Shown one piece after another: positions 51,840 through 61,219 of a stretch of 64,000 bases of DNA (position 1 is its first letter; each line of letters begins with the position of its first letter). The notes under the pieces were generated by a model. The model worked only from the letters and a program-made list of their open reading frames with translations, had not been told where the DNA came from and did not search any database. Made by a program: the position numbers and the translations under genes. The stretch spans positions 2,025-66,024 of the forward strand of contig JBIMKP010000022.1 in assembly GCA_051861545.1 (NCBI GenBank), read 5' to 3'. The DNA is from Bacteroidia bacterium. Its GTDB lineage: Bacteria > Bacteroidota > Bacteroidia > UKL13-3.

Positions 51840-52331
51840 TTAGTGCGAGCTACCGAAATATTTTTTCTCATCAAGGTCATAATAAGCAAATACAGAATTG
51901 CATTGCCATCCAACGGCATTAATACTTTTTGTTCTATTTTTGGTTATAACACCGATTTCCTTATATCTAACTCCTATCCAAGCTCGTCTTTTTTCTTGAG
52001 GAATGGTTTGGATGTCCTTAGTTTTATAGAATTGTATCAAATTGTTAATTGGTATTGATTTTACTTTATCAAAAGCCCAATTCGTCTCGTAAATAATTAT
52101 AGTTGTAATTAAGATATATGTAAAAAATATTGATGTAATAATTATGACTTTAATATATCGTGGTCTTAACCCGAAAAAATCATAAGCTTTATAGCCATAG
52201 AATATACCAATTCCAATTATCCCGTAAAGTGGTAGATATATTATAATGTCAAAGTCCATTTCTAACCCAATTATTGTCATCATAGATATGATAAATAAAT
52301 ATGTTAAAAGATATTTGATGGTTTTTGCCAT
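51840..52331 (-). CDS. hypothetical membrane protein
   Basis: 163 aa; 3 TM helices plus C-terminal soluble part. Confidence 0.5.
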   Translation of the reverse strand: MAKTIKYLLTYLFIISMMTIIGLEMDFDIIIYLPLYGIIGIGIFYGYKAYDFFGLRPRYIKVIIITSIFFTYILITTIIIYETNWAFDKVKSIPINNLIQFYKTKDIQTIPQEKRRAWIGVRYKEIGVITKNRTKSINAVGWQCNSVFAYYDLDEKKYFGSSH

Positions 52332-52378
52332 TTTTTTTGTCGTTTTTATAATACCCTATAACTTTTTGCACATTTGCT

Positions 52379-52480
52379 TTGGACCTGCGTTTAAACTCAA
52401 ATGTAAATAGGGGAAAAGAATTAATCAACCTCTAAAATCTGTAAAACGGAGAGGTAATGCCAGTAAATTGTAATTGTGTG
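52379..52480 (-). promoter_or_regulatory. conserved upstream module B
   Basis: GCGTTTAAACTCAAATGTAAATAGGGGAAAAGAATTAATCAAC...; most similar to modules C and D. Confidence 0.5.
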
Positions 52481-52481
52481 T

Positions 52482-53339
52482 TTAATGTTTGGGTTTGTTG
52501 ATTTCATCAATTGTCAAGCTTTTATAAAAAGTTTCAAAGTCTTTGTCTTCTCCATAGTTGTTTATGATTTCAAATAAGGTGGAATACTTTTTCAAATAAA
52601 TCATTTGTCTGTATGGTTCCTTTTTGTTCGTGCTTTGAAGTATTACACGTATTGCTTTTGTATTATTGATGTTTATTGTGTCACGCTTTTCGCTTACTTG
52701 TCCTTTGAATATAGATTTTTCTATTGCAATAAAATGCTCATTTTTATAGTCGCTAGTGTCTTGCATCCAGATGCACCATTTCATTGAATTTGTTATATCA
52801 TTTTCGGGGTTCTCAATTTTGTCTCCAATGCACTTTCCATTTTGAATATTTTCTACAACTAAATTTTCGGGGTATTTGAAACTTATTACAAAACCAAAAT
52901 TTACTGTGTCTCGATATGTCATCCAATTAACATCAGTTAAAAACTCAAGTTCTCCTTTTTCTACAGTTTTCGTGTATTGTTTTGCTTTTCCGTCATTGTT
53001 GGTAAACCCAATTACAACAAAGTCTTGGTTGTATAAAAGTCGAAAGTTTTTTTGTGTCACATTAACTTTAGCAATGTAAGATGCAGTAGTGCTTTTCCAA
53101 TTATCATGATTGTTGTTCACCCAGTGGATTAATTTTTTAAACTTTTCAGAATTAGGGTCAATTTTTTTTGTTACACTTTCTGTAAGTCCAGTTTGGTCGT
53201 TGATTTTGTGAATTGTTAAATTCAATGGTGAATTGAGGTCAATATATTTTTCAATACTTGTTTCTGTTGAACAACTTGAAATTGTCAACAGTGAAATAAA
53301 AGTTATAATGATAATCGTTCCATTCATAGTTTTTGTCAT
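52482..53339 (-). CDS. hypothetical lipoprotein
   Basis: Lipobox LTISSC; 285 aa. Confidence 0.5.
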   Translation of the reverse strand: MTKTMNGTIIIITFISLLTISSCSTETSIEKYIDLNSPLNLTIHKINDQTGLTESVTKKIDPNSEKFKKLIHWVNNNHDNWKSTTASYIAKVNVTQKNFRLLYNQDFVVIGFTNNDGKAKQYTKTVEKGELEFLTDVNWMTYRDTVNFGFVISFKYPENLVVENIQNGKCIGDKIENPENDITNSMKWCIWMQDTSDYKNEHFIAIEKSIFKGQVSEKRDTININNTKAIRVILQSTNKKEPYRQMIYLKKYSTLFEIINNYGEDKDFETFYKSLTIDEINKPKH

Positions 53340-53524
53340 AGCCTTTCCACTGATGTTCTGAGAGCTTGCACAGTGCGGATTCGATACAGAATTGTTTCAG
53401 CCAAATGCGAACTTAGTGGGAAGATCATACTTTCACAAAAAGAAAAACCACATTACAATAAGCCCTTTGTAAGTAGGTGGTTTATCAATTTCTTCTTTTG
53501 AAGTAGTAGTTATTGAGAAGACTA

Positions 53525-54130
53525 TTATAGGTTGTTAATGTCTTTGTTTAAAAGATAAAACTCCTTATCATAATTATCTATCAGTTTCTTATCCAAGTTA
53601 AGTTGTTTGACTGTCTTGCCAGTTGAATAGTTTTGTAATGATACAATTTTGCCATTTAGTATATCAATACTTAAGGTGTCGAAAAATTTATCAGTCGGTA
53701 ATTGAGATGTCTGAAAAACAACTGTTTTGTTGTTTGTTGTTTTACAAGCATAAATCATATACTCAGTATTTGAAACAAACTCGTAGGAGTAGTCTGTAAT
53801 AGTGAATATATGTTGAGTAATCTCTTTATTTTTATTGTCTTTCGATTTCAATTTATGAAGTCCCTTCAAATAATAAATAGTTGCACTAAGCACTGAAAGA
53901 CCAGCTAATACAGGTTTTAAATACACTGAGGGCGTGATTAGTCCGAACTTTTCGGAAATAAGTAAAAGTACCATTAGTCCGAAGAATGTTAGCACGCCAA
54001 TTATTACGCTGTCACTAAGTGCTTTTTTTCTTAAATGTTCTTTTTGCTTTTTTAAGTCAGCAAGTACAGAAGATGATAGACTTTTCTCAACTATTTTCAT
54101 TCGTAATTTTTGGCATTTTTGGTTTGACAA
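53525..54130 (-). CDS. hypothetical membrane protein
   Basis: 201 aa; two TM helices then a soluble domain; the start is possibly MKIVEK at 54109. Confidence 0.5.
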   Translation of the reverse strand: MSNQKCQKLRMKIVEKSLSSSVLADLKKQKEHLRKKALSDSVIIGVLTFFGLMVLLLISEKFGLITPSVYLKPVLAGLSVLSATIYYLKGLHKLKSKDNKNKEITQHIFTITDYSYEFVSNTEYMIYACKTTNNKTVVFQTSQLPTDKFFDTLSIDILNGKIVSLQNYSTGKTVKQLNLDKKLIDNYDKEFYLLNKDINNL

Positions 54131-54175
54131 GATTGATTGTTAAAACTTGTCGATAGGGTTTTGATTATTTGTTAT

Positions 54176-54284
54176 TGGCCAGCGATTATACTCAAATGTA
54201 AATAGGGGAAAGGAATTAATCAACTAGTAAATCCCGTTAAACAGAGACGAATTGCACACCTATTGTAATTGTACTCTGTACTCT
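54176..54284 (-). promoter_or_regulatory. conserved upstream module C
   Basis: GCGATTATACTCAAATGTAAATAGGGGAAAGGAATTAATCAAC...GAGACGAATTGCACACCTATTGTAATTGT. Confidence 0.5.
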
Positions 54285-54333
54285 TAGTGGCTGATGTTCT
54301 ATCCAATCTTTTGCTTTATTTAATATTAGTTTA

Positions 54334-55128
54334 TTAGCTATTATTTGATTTCTCTCTCTCTAACCCAATTCTGTTTACGGTTTCATAAAGTAAAGTTGCA
54401 TTCACTAACAAGCGTTCAAGCTCTTGTTCAAAAAATGCTTCAGTATGTTCGTTCCACTTTTTTGGTGAATTATTCAACTCTCTAAAACTTTTTGAAAGAG
54501 TTGAAATGTATTCCTTTTTTTGTGGAGCATCATTGATAAAAATTGGTGGATATAAATCAAACATCAGCATCCAGTTTTTCGCAATTCTTGTTACTCTCCC
54601 GTTGCCATCTGCGAATGGATGAATTCTAATCAACTCGTGATGAAAATAAATAGCTCTGATAATAGGATTTGTTATACTATTCATTTGATAAAATAGCTCC
54701 GAAACTAACTGCGGAACAATGTTTTGATCAGGACAAATATGTCCACCTATTTGCACTAAAGTCTGTCTGTAACGATTTGGGTGAATGGCATTGGTCTCAG
54801 GAGAAACTAAACGGAGTAACTGAAAAAGTTGTAATTCTTTTTCAAAATTGTTGTGTGTTATTATCTCCTCAATTACAAAGTCTAACGATATTTTTAAGTT
54901 TTTTAAATATTCTTCTGCTTCCTCTTCATTTTGAGCTTCCATTTGTGCATTTTTCAAACTAAGAAGTTCTTGGAGTTCTTGTACACTAGTCAAGTATGTG
55001 TCTAAAAGGTCGTCATCCAAATGGTGTCGGCTATATATAATTAATCTATAAATTGACTTTACTAAATGGTCAATCTTATCAATTTTGGCTTGATTAATTT
55101 TTAATTCTTTAACTGGTAATAATTCCAT
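54334..55128 (-). CDS. Fic/DOC family protein
   Basis: Canonical HPFADGNGRVTR Fic motif. Confidence 0.8.
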   Translation of the reverse strand: MELLPVKELKINQAKIDKIDHLVKSIYRLIIYSRHHLDDDLLDTYLTSVQELQELLSLKNAQMEAQNEEEAEEYLKNLKISLDFVIEEIITHNNFEKELQLFQLLRLVSPETNAIHPNRYRQTLVQIGGHICPDQNIVPQLVSELFYQMNSITNPIIRAIYFHHELIRIHPFADGNGRVTRIAKNWMLMFDLYPPIFINDAPQKKEYISTLSKSFRELNNSPKKWNEHTEAFFEQELERLLVNATLLYETVNRIGLEREKSNNS

Positions 55129-55631
55129 TTGTCTATGAATTTGTTAAACTGTAAATCATCGGCTAAGCCTACACTTAAGGTTTTGGTAATTGACCTATTA
55201 AGGGATAGCTTAGCACAAATTTTACCTTAACTGTTAATTTCAAAAATAAACTTTTCTGCCGATTCTTTTTCCTCTAAGATTTAAAGCCATTATTGCAACT
55301 AAACGACTATTGAATGTCGTTTTTTTTAATCATAAAGTTTGCAAACATTTCTATAATAAAAATCACAAGGGATAAACTCATTTCAAACAAAAAAACAGTA
55401 AGCGTTTTTGATAAAATTCTTTTGCTTTTTCTTTTAGGTATTTCATCCTCAAAACTCAACTCAACACGATTATTAAACAAAAAAATACTAATAACAATAG
55501 TTTAAGAAGTTAAATCATTTAACACTATCTGTCTATAAAAATGTTGAAGCATGGTTGAGTATAAAACCTAAAATTATTCCTATTGTGGTTACCAAAGGTT
55601 GTCGATATGATTGAATTTTATCTTCTATATT

Positions 55632-57005
55632 TTACATCAAATCAATTATTTTATCTGCTTCTCTAATGCCACTTAAGTATGCTCCGTGTGCGGTTGAAAA
55701 ATAGTCGGCTTCGGTGTGTTCGCCTGCAAAGAATAATCTATCGTTAATTTCTTCTGCCAAGTCTTCAAAATGGCGCATTTCTGTACCAATTTGAGTGAAA
55801 GAATAAGCTCCGAATGAATTTACATTCGTTTGCCATTTAGTTCTCAGCATATTGGTAGGATTAGGAATACTATTTCCATAAATATCTTTTAAATGAGCCA
55901 TTATTTCGTCTATTATTTGTGCATCCGTCATTGATTCTGTCTGCCTTGCATAATTTGAATATGCAAAAGTCATTAAACCATTTAGGCTTGGGTGAAATTT
56001 TTTAACATTCACAAAATAGTTGAACTTATCTCTTGTTTCTGGTGTGTAACAAATGTATTGTTCATTGTCCCAAAATGCAGTATTCCAAGTAAGTAAAAAT
56101 TTATTGACGCAATTCATACCAACTTTTTGAATAGCTGTTTGTTTAGCTGTAGGCAATGTTGGAACAAATTGTATAGTGCCTGATTTTAAAACTCCCAGTG
56201 GAACGGTTACCAATACATAATCAGCTTCTGTGATAGTTTCATTATGTGTAATCTTTGCCTTAGAGTTTGAATAATCAATTTTTGAAACTCGTTGATTAAG
56301 TTGAATATTTAATCCCTCTGCTAAAAAAAATGGAATAGTGTCATATCCATTCGTTGAAATTCTTTCTTCTCCTGTAAACTCTTCGCCTTCATCATACAAT
56401 GTTGAGGAAACTTTATCTAATTCGCCTAAATCAAATGTTACATAAGTAGATAATAAAAATTTCCAAAGTCTATCATTTACTTTTGTTGGGTGCAAGCTAT
56501 TAAAAACAGTTTCAAAACTTTGGTTTGCACTTCCGCTATTTTTAAGAGTACTTAAAATGGTTTGTAATTCTGTTTCGGCATTATCAAATGCTGTGTCGCT
56601 TCTCAAAACGCCACTAATATCATAGCACACTAAACTTTCATCATCAGTGAAAGCTGTGTTCATTCCTGCTTGTTGAGCCAAATTTGTGATTGGGTTTCCA
56701 TTTGTTCCGTGTATCCAACTTGCTCCTTCGTCAAAAGCAAAGCCAAGAGATCGATTAGTTCGTAATCGTCCACCCACTTTATCTTGTGCTTCTAACACAA
56801 TTATATTGAAACCTTTTTCTTTCAGTTTTTTTGCTGCTGCTAAACCTGAAATTCCTGCTCCAATAACTACAACTGTTTTTCCGTTTGGTTCGTGGTCTTC
56901 ATCTTTATTACAAGAACTTGCTAAAATTGAAGGTGCGATAAGAAAAATTTGTAAACCTGTTAAGGAGTCTTTTATAAATTTTCTTCTTTCCATTTTTTTG
57001 TCCAT
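55632..57005 (-). CDS. flavin-containing amine oxidase family protein with Tat/lipoprotein-type signal
   Basis: RRKFIKDSLTG twin-arginine segment; VVVIGAGISGLAAAKKL dinucleotide-binding motif; amine-oxidase C-terminal FFAGEHT. Confidence 0.8.
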   Translation of the reverse strand: MDKKMERRKFIKDSLTGLQIFLIAPSILASSCNKDEDHEPNGKTVVVIGAGISGLAAAKKLKEKGFNIIVLEAQDKVGGRLRTNRSLGFAFDEGASWIHGTNGNPITNLAQQAGMNTAFTDDESLVCYDISGVLRSDTAFDNAETELQTILSTLKNSGSANQSFETVFNSLHPTKVNDRLWKFLLSTYVTFDLGELDKVSSTLYDEGEEFTGEERISTNGYDTIPFFLAEGLNIQLNQRVSKIDYSNSKAKITHNETITEADYVLVTVPLGVLKSGTIQFVPTLPTAKQTAIQKVGMNCVNKFLLTWNTAFWDNEQYICYTPETRDKFNYFVNVKKFHPSLNGLMTFAYSNYARQTESMTDAQIIDEIMAHLKDIYGNSIPNPTNMLRTKWQTNVNSFGAYSFTQIGTEMRHFEDLAEEINDRLFFAGEHTEADYFSTAHGAYLSGIREADKIIDLM

Positions 57006-57067
57006 ATTTTAGTTTGTTCATGGTGTTTCGCTATAATAGCATTCAATGTTTTTAGCGCTTCTGCGAT

Positions 57068-57166
57068 GGTTGTGCGTTTATGCTCAAATGTAAATAGGGG
57101 AAAGGAATTTACCAACCACTAAAATCCCTTTAAATGGAGACGAATTGCATGCCTATTGTGAATGTG
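57068..57166 (-). promoter_or_regulatory. conserved upstream module D
   Basis: GCGTTTATGCTCAAATGTAAATAGGGGAAAGGAATTTACCAAC...GAGACGAATTGCATGCCTATTGTGAATGT; about 80% identical to module C. Confidence 0.5.
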
Positions 57167-57809
57167 CTGTAAGCGGTAGTTGTGTTGGTCATCGTCATCA
57201 ATTTCTCTGACTTTAATATTGTCCAAATAGACCTTTTTATTTACGTTATTTTTATACTTTTATAAGGTCTTGTTTTGATATAAAATAAACTTCGGTGTCT
57301 TAAAATATAGAAGTACTTTATTTTAAATTGTCGTCTTTTTATTTATAGTTTATTATTATTTCTAGTCAATTTGTCTTTTTAGATTTTTTTTAATCTGCTC
57401 CGGTTGGGCAATTGATGTATTATTTTATCTTGTTCTAAACATACCAAGTCCATATAAGAGTCGATAGGTTTCTATGTCAAAAGTGTATTTATTTGAAATA
57501 ACATTTCTAAAGACTTCGAAAGAAGGTTCCTGATTGCTGCGACACTTGTCACAACAGTCCACTGAAAAATTTGTCTCGTCCTGAAAAATGTTTACACTTA
57601 TTGATAAATAATCCTGTTACATGTTTACACAATTTTTTAAATCCTGAATACCGTTTACATTTGTTTTACTGGATGAAGCGGAAGCGAGCTCTGCTGAGGA
57701 GCAACTCGCCAGGAATAATCCAGTCAGATGAGCATATAAATCCGTTATTAGGTTTACACTTGATAATGGATTTACTTTTTATATGCACTTCTGCCAAGCC
57801 TAATAAAAC

Positions 57810-58656
57810 CTATGCCATAGCTACCTCCTCCTTTTTTTGTTTATTGATTTGATAATAATTTTTCCATCGTTTGTTGAGTTTTCCGGTTCCTTGATGTGCT
57901 TCAACAGGTTTAAGATTATCAATGCTCCCATGCGGTCTTAAATGATTGTAAGTGCTACAAGCTACAGCTATTGCTAGTTGTGCTATTTTAAAATCGACAA
58001 ATACCTCTTCTAAAAGTTCAGATTTTAAAATACCGTTTACTCTTTCTGCAAGCGGGTTTTCCAAGGGGTCTCCATTTTCTGTCATTGAAATTTTAATGGT
58101 ATTATTGTGTAATAACTTTACATATTCATCGCAGCAGTATTGCACTCCTCTATCACTGTGATGAATTAAATTTTCACAATCTGTATTACCGGTCAAAGCC
58201 ATTTTTAATGCTTTTAATGGACCTTTTGCCGATAAATCTTCACTCAAATAAAAGCCAACAATTTTATGGCTGTATGCATCTGTTATAAGTGATAAATAAG
58301 CAAAGTCATCCGATAAATGAATATAGGTTATATCACTTACCCAAAGCTGATTAGGGGCAATGGGTATAAAGCCTTTAATGATGTTTGGAAAGTGTGGTTA
58401 TACATCCTTTGCGCCTTCGTTTTGTAATCAACATGCCTCGTTCTGCCAATAGATTAAACATTGCATCTCTTCCTATTTGAAAATTATGGTCTTCTAAAAA
58501 TCCTTGCATTTCATGCAATAGTTTTCGGGTGCCTAATCGCTTCTGATGCTTTCGATAACGCAACACTTCATCAATGACAATATCAGCTTCGTATGCTTTT
58601 TGCTGAATAAATTTTAGGCCTTGATAGTAGCTTTGCCTACTATAACCAAGCAGCAA
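57810..58656 (-). pseudogene. IS3-family transposase OrfB (rve integrase core), frameshifted
   Basis: DDE region ...WVSDITYIHL..., HSDRGVQYC, ERVNGILKSE. The reading frame breaks at about 58375 between ...TLSKHH* and KGFIPIAPNQLW. Confidence 0.7.
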
Positions 58657-58700
58657 ACAAAGGTCGTTTATGCAACGAGGCTTCCTTTGTCCAACTGTTT

Positions 58701-59033
58701 CTACCGCTTGGTGCCAGACTTTTTTCTGATGTCAATTTTAAGTTGATCTTCTGCAATATCAATCATTGCGTTGAGCAGCTCGTTGTGAAGTTTTGCTTTA
58801 CGCAATTCTTCCTGCAAAGTTTTTACATCAGTTGGTAAGGGCTCTGCAGAAATTGGTTGGATTTGTGTTTTTGTTTTTGGCACTGATTTACCTTGAAATT
58901 TTCTTACCCACGAATGTATTAATCTGAAATCAATCTCATGCTTTTTTCCTAACTGGCGGTAACTTAATTCGCCCATTAAATACTCTGCAATGATTTTCTC
59001 TTGTTCTTCTTTTGTTTTCGTTCTTCTTTTCAT
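58701..59033 (-). CDS. IS3-family transposase OrfA (HTH/leucine-zipper)
   Basis: 110 aa; EEQEKIIAEYLMGELSYRQLGKKHEI helix-turn-helix. Confidence 0.8.
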   Translation of the reverse strand: MKRRTKTKEEQEKIIAEYLMGELSYRQLGKKHEIDFRLIHSWVRKFQGKSVPKTKTQIQPISAEPLPTDVKTLQEELRKAKLHNELLNAMIDIAEDQLKIDIRKKSGTKR

Positions 59034-59143
59034 TTTTGTTTACACTTTTTTGTGTAAACCTATTTTAGGACGAGACAGTCTACTTTAATTATAGACCATA
59101 ATTCTTTAATTAAAATCTTTTAGATGATGATTTTTGTGAATTG

Positions 59144-61207
59144 TCAATTATTTTGTCTACACACTCTACTTACATACTTCTTCCCAGTTTCACTTGTCAC
59201 CTCCATCAGGTAAATACCTGGCCCAAAAGACAAGGAATTCAGTTTAAGTAAGTGGGTTGCTGAAACTTGTTCCTCTAATATCCTTCTTCCTTGCAGGTCG
59301 GTAATTTTGTATCCGATAATGCGCTCAGAACTTAGTGTAACATTAAGTTCATCTCTTGAAGGATTGGGATAAATAGAAAACTTATTTTCAATAACCTCAT
59401 TAAGTCCTGTGGTAGTTTTTTGCCAAGCAGTGAGTTTAATCCGGTAAAGTGGCTGGGTTGGGTGGTTTGTGGAAATATTAAGGAATGCAGTGCGGGAAAG
59501 TGTATCAGATATGCGAAATAACACTGGAATAGATAGGCTATTCTTAGTGTTAAGTATCCTCGGTCTGCTTACTACAGAGAAAGCAGCTGTATCTCCGGTT
59601 ATGTATATGGAGTTAATTTTCAGTGGAGTATTACCCGTATTTTTCAGTTCGAGCATGGTTTCAATCTCTTGTCCAGCAGATGGATTTCCATAGCTAATAA
59701 CTGCCTCATTTGGCAAAAGTGTTTTATTTCTGTGTACTTCATAGGTTATGTTCTGACCAATTCCATTTCCAAATAGCCTAAGTGTGTAATTACCAGTATA
59801 ATTGTCGTTTGTTACGAGGCTTAATAAGGATGTTGACAGGCCGTTAAGCGTAGCATGAAATCTGATAGTAAGTGTTGCTATTCCTCCAGGATTTACCGTA
59901 GTGCTATCTAGCCTATAAGACCAACCTATATTACTGCTTAATAGTACCTGATTAATCGTAAGTGGCAGGTTTCCTTGGTTGTATACATGAAAGGTCCTAA
60001 ACACCGTATCGCCCACCATAACAGAAGGAAACAAAAGGCTGTCGTTGTTGGCCAATCCTTTTTCCAATTCATTATCAAATGCAGCATTAAGCAAAATCAA
60101 TGGCCCACCAATACGCACCATTCGGGTAAGGCTATCTTTAAAACTGCCATTTTTGTAGGTGGCGTATAGTTTTACAGGATAAACGCCCGGTGTATTGAAT
60201 TTGTGGGTAGGATGCACCTCATCAGAAAAGCTGCCATCTCCAAAACTCCAACGGTACTTGTAACGGTTGAAATTCTGATAATACTGATTGGCAAAAAACA
60301 ACAGTTTGTTCGACTCGTTTTTGAAAGAAACTTTTTGCGTTGCCGCATCATAAGCAGATACCATGAAATCTGGGGCGGGATCGTAATAGCCCACATTCCA
60401 GTTTTGAAGATTGCTATGGATTATCTGATTAACTGCTAACCTAATGTTGGAAGCAACTGTGCTTGAAAGACCAGGATTATAGGTGATGCCAATTGGTGAT
60501 TTCCTAAAAAGCATATTGTAGAATGTGCACGCAGCCAAATAGGAACCTGCCATAGAAGGATGCGATTCATCGGTGTCATAGAGTTCAATATCCGGATGAT
60601 TGGTGCGCACATATCGCCACACAGCGGCAACAGCAGCTACAGGAAGTTGCTCATTATACCACATGTTGGGGCCTCCCATTTGCATATAATTTTGTTGCAA
60701 CAACGAATCCATGCCCTGATAGGTGCAATAGTAAGCTGCCTTAGGAAACTGTGCACACAGTGAAGGCTCGCCATTTTTTCTTCCCCAGGTCATATAAAGC
60801 ATCGGTATTGCACCTTCTTGGTCAATCGAGATCTTGAGGTCCTGAACACTTTGAATGTTGTTTGGTTCGAAACTATTGGGGGCAATAATGGAGGGTTCAT
60901 TGCAAACCGCTGCGCCCATTACGCTCTGTTGTTGGATAACAACATAGTCCCATTGCGGATCAGCCATCATATCCAAACTCACCTGATCGTTTAAGTGATT
61001 GTTAAATGTATAGCCTCCCGGAGAATTATCGTTGTATATCAAGGTGTCACCTACTGATGAAGCCACATTCTTAATAAGCAGCGGGAGATTGTTGACCGTA
61101 ACATAACTGTTACCGAGAAACAAGGCACGAACTTTTGTTGGTGGCTGTGCAATGGATTTGGTTTGAAATGCCACTGCAAATAGAATTATGAATAAATAAC
61201 GTATCAT
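59144..61207 (-). CDS. secreted PKD-domain protein with T9SS type-A C-terminal sorting domain
   Basis: Signal peptide; YRWSFGDGSFSDEVHPTHKFNTPGVY PKD motif; C-terminus FSIYPNPSRDELNV...GPGIYLMEV Por_Secre_tail. Confidence 0.7.
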   Translation of the reverse strand: MIRYLFIILFAVAFQTKSIAQPPTKVRALFLGNSYVTVNNLPLLIKNVASSVGDTLIYNDNSPGGYTFNNHLNDQVSLDMMADPQWDYVVIQQQSVMGAAVCNEPSIIAPNSFEPNNIQSVQDLKISIDQEGAIPMLYMTWGRKNGEPSLCAQFPKAAYYCTYQGMDSLLQQNYMQMGGPNMWYNEQLPVAAVAAVWRYVRTNHPDIELYDTDESHPSMAGSYLAACTFYNMLFRKSPIGITYNPGLSSTVASNIRLAVNQIIHSNLQNWNVGYYDPAPDFMVSAYDAATQKVSFKNESNKLLFFANQYYQNFNRYKYRWSFGDGSFSDEVHPTHKFNTPGVYPVKLYATYKNGSFKDSLTRMVRIGGPLILLNAAFDNELEKGLANNDSLLFPSVMVGDTVFRTFHVYNQGNLPLTINQVLLSSNIGWSYRLDSTTVNPGGIATLTIRFHATLNGLSTSLLSLVTNDNYTGNYTLRLFGNGIGQNITYEVHRNKTLLPNEAVISYGNPSAGQEIETMLELKNTGNTPLKINSIYITGDTAAFSVVSRPRILNTKNSLSIPVLFRISDTLSRTAFLNISTNHPTQPLYRIKLTAWQKTTTGLNEVIENKFSIYPNPSRDELNVTLSSERIIGYKITDLQGRRILEEQVSATHLLKLNSLSFGPGIYLMEVTSETGKKYVSRVCRQNN

Positions 61208-61219
61208 CTGGATTGTATT

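Larger units (their letters stand above)
57572..59077 (-). mobile_element. IS3-family insertion sequence (degenerate)
   Basis: Imperfect terminal IRs TGTCTCGTCCTRAAAAT...GTTTACAC at both ends; orfA plus orfB with an A6G slippery site (AGAAAAAAG near 58715); orfB carries an extra frameshift. Confidence 0.7.

Noticed and set aside
57571-57852. 93-aa plus-strand ORF at the left end of the IS3 element
   Set aside because: It lies in the subterminal repeat region of the IS (GTTTACA repeats), has no similarity to known proteins, and overlaps the orfB stop on the other strand.
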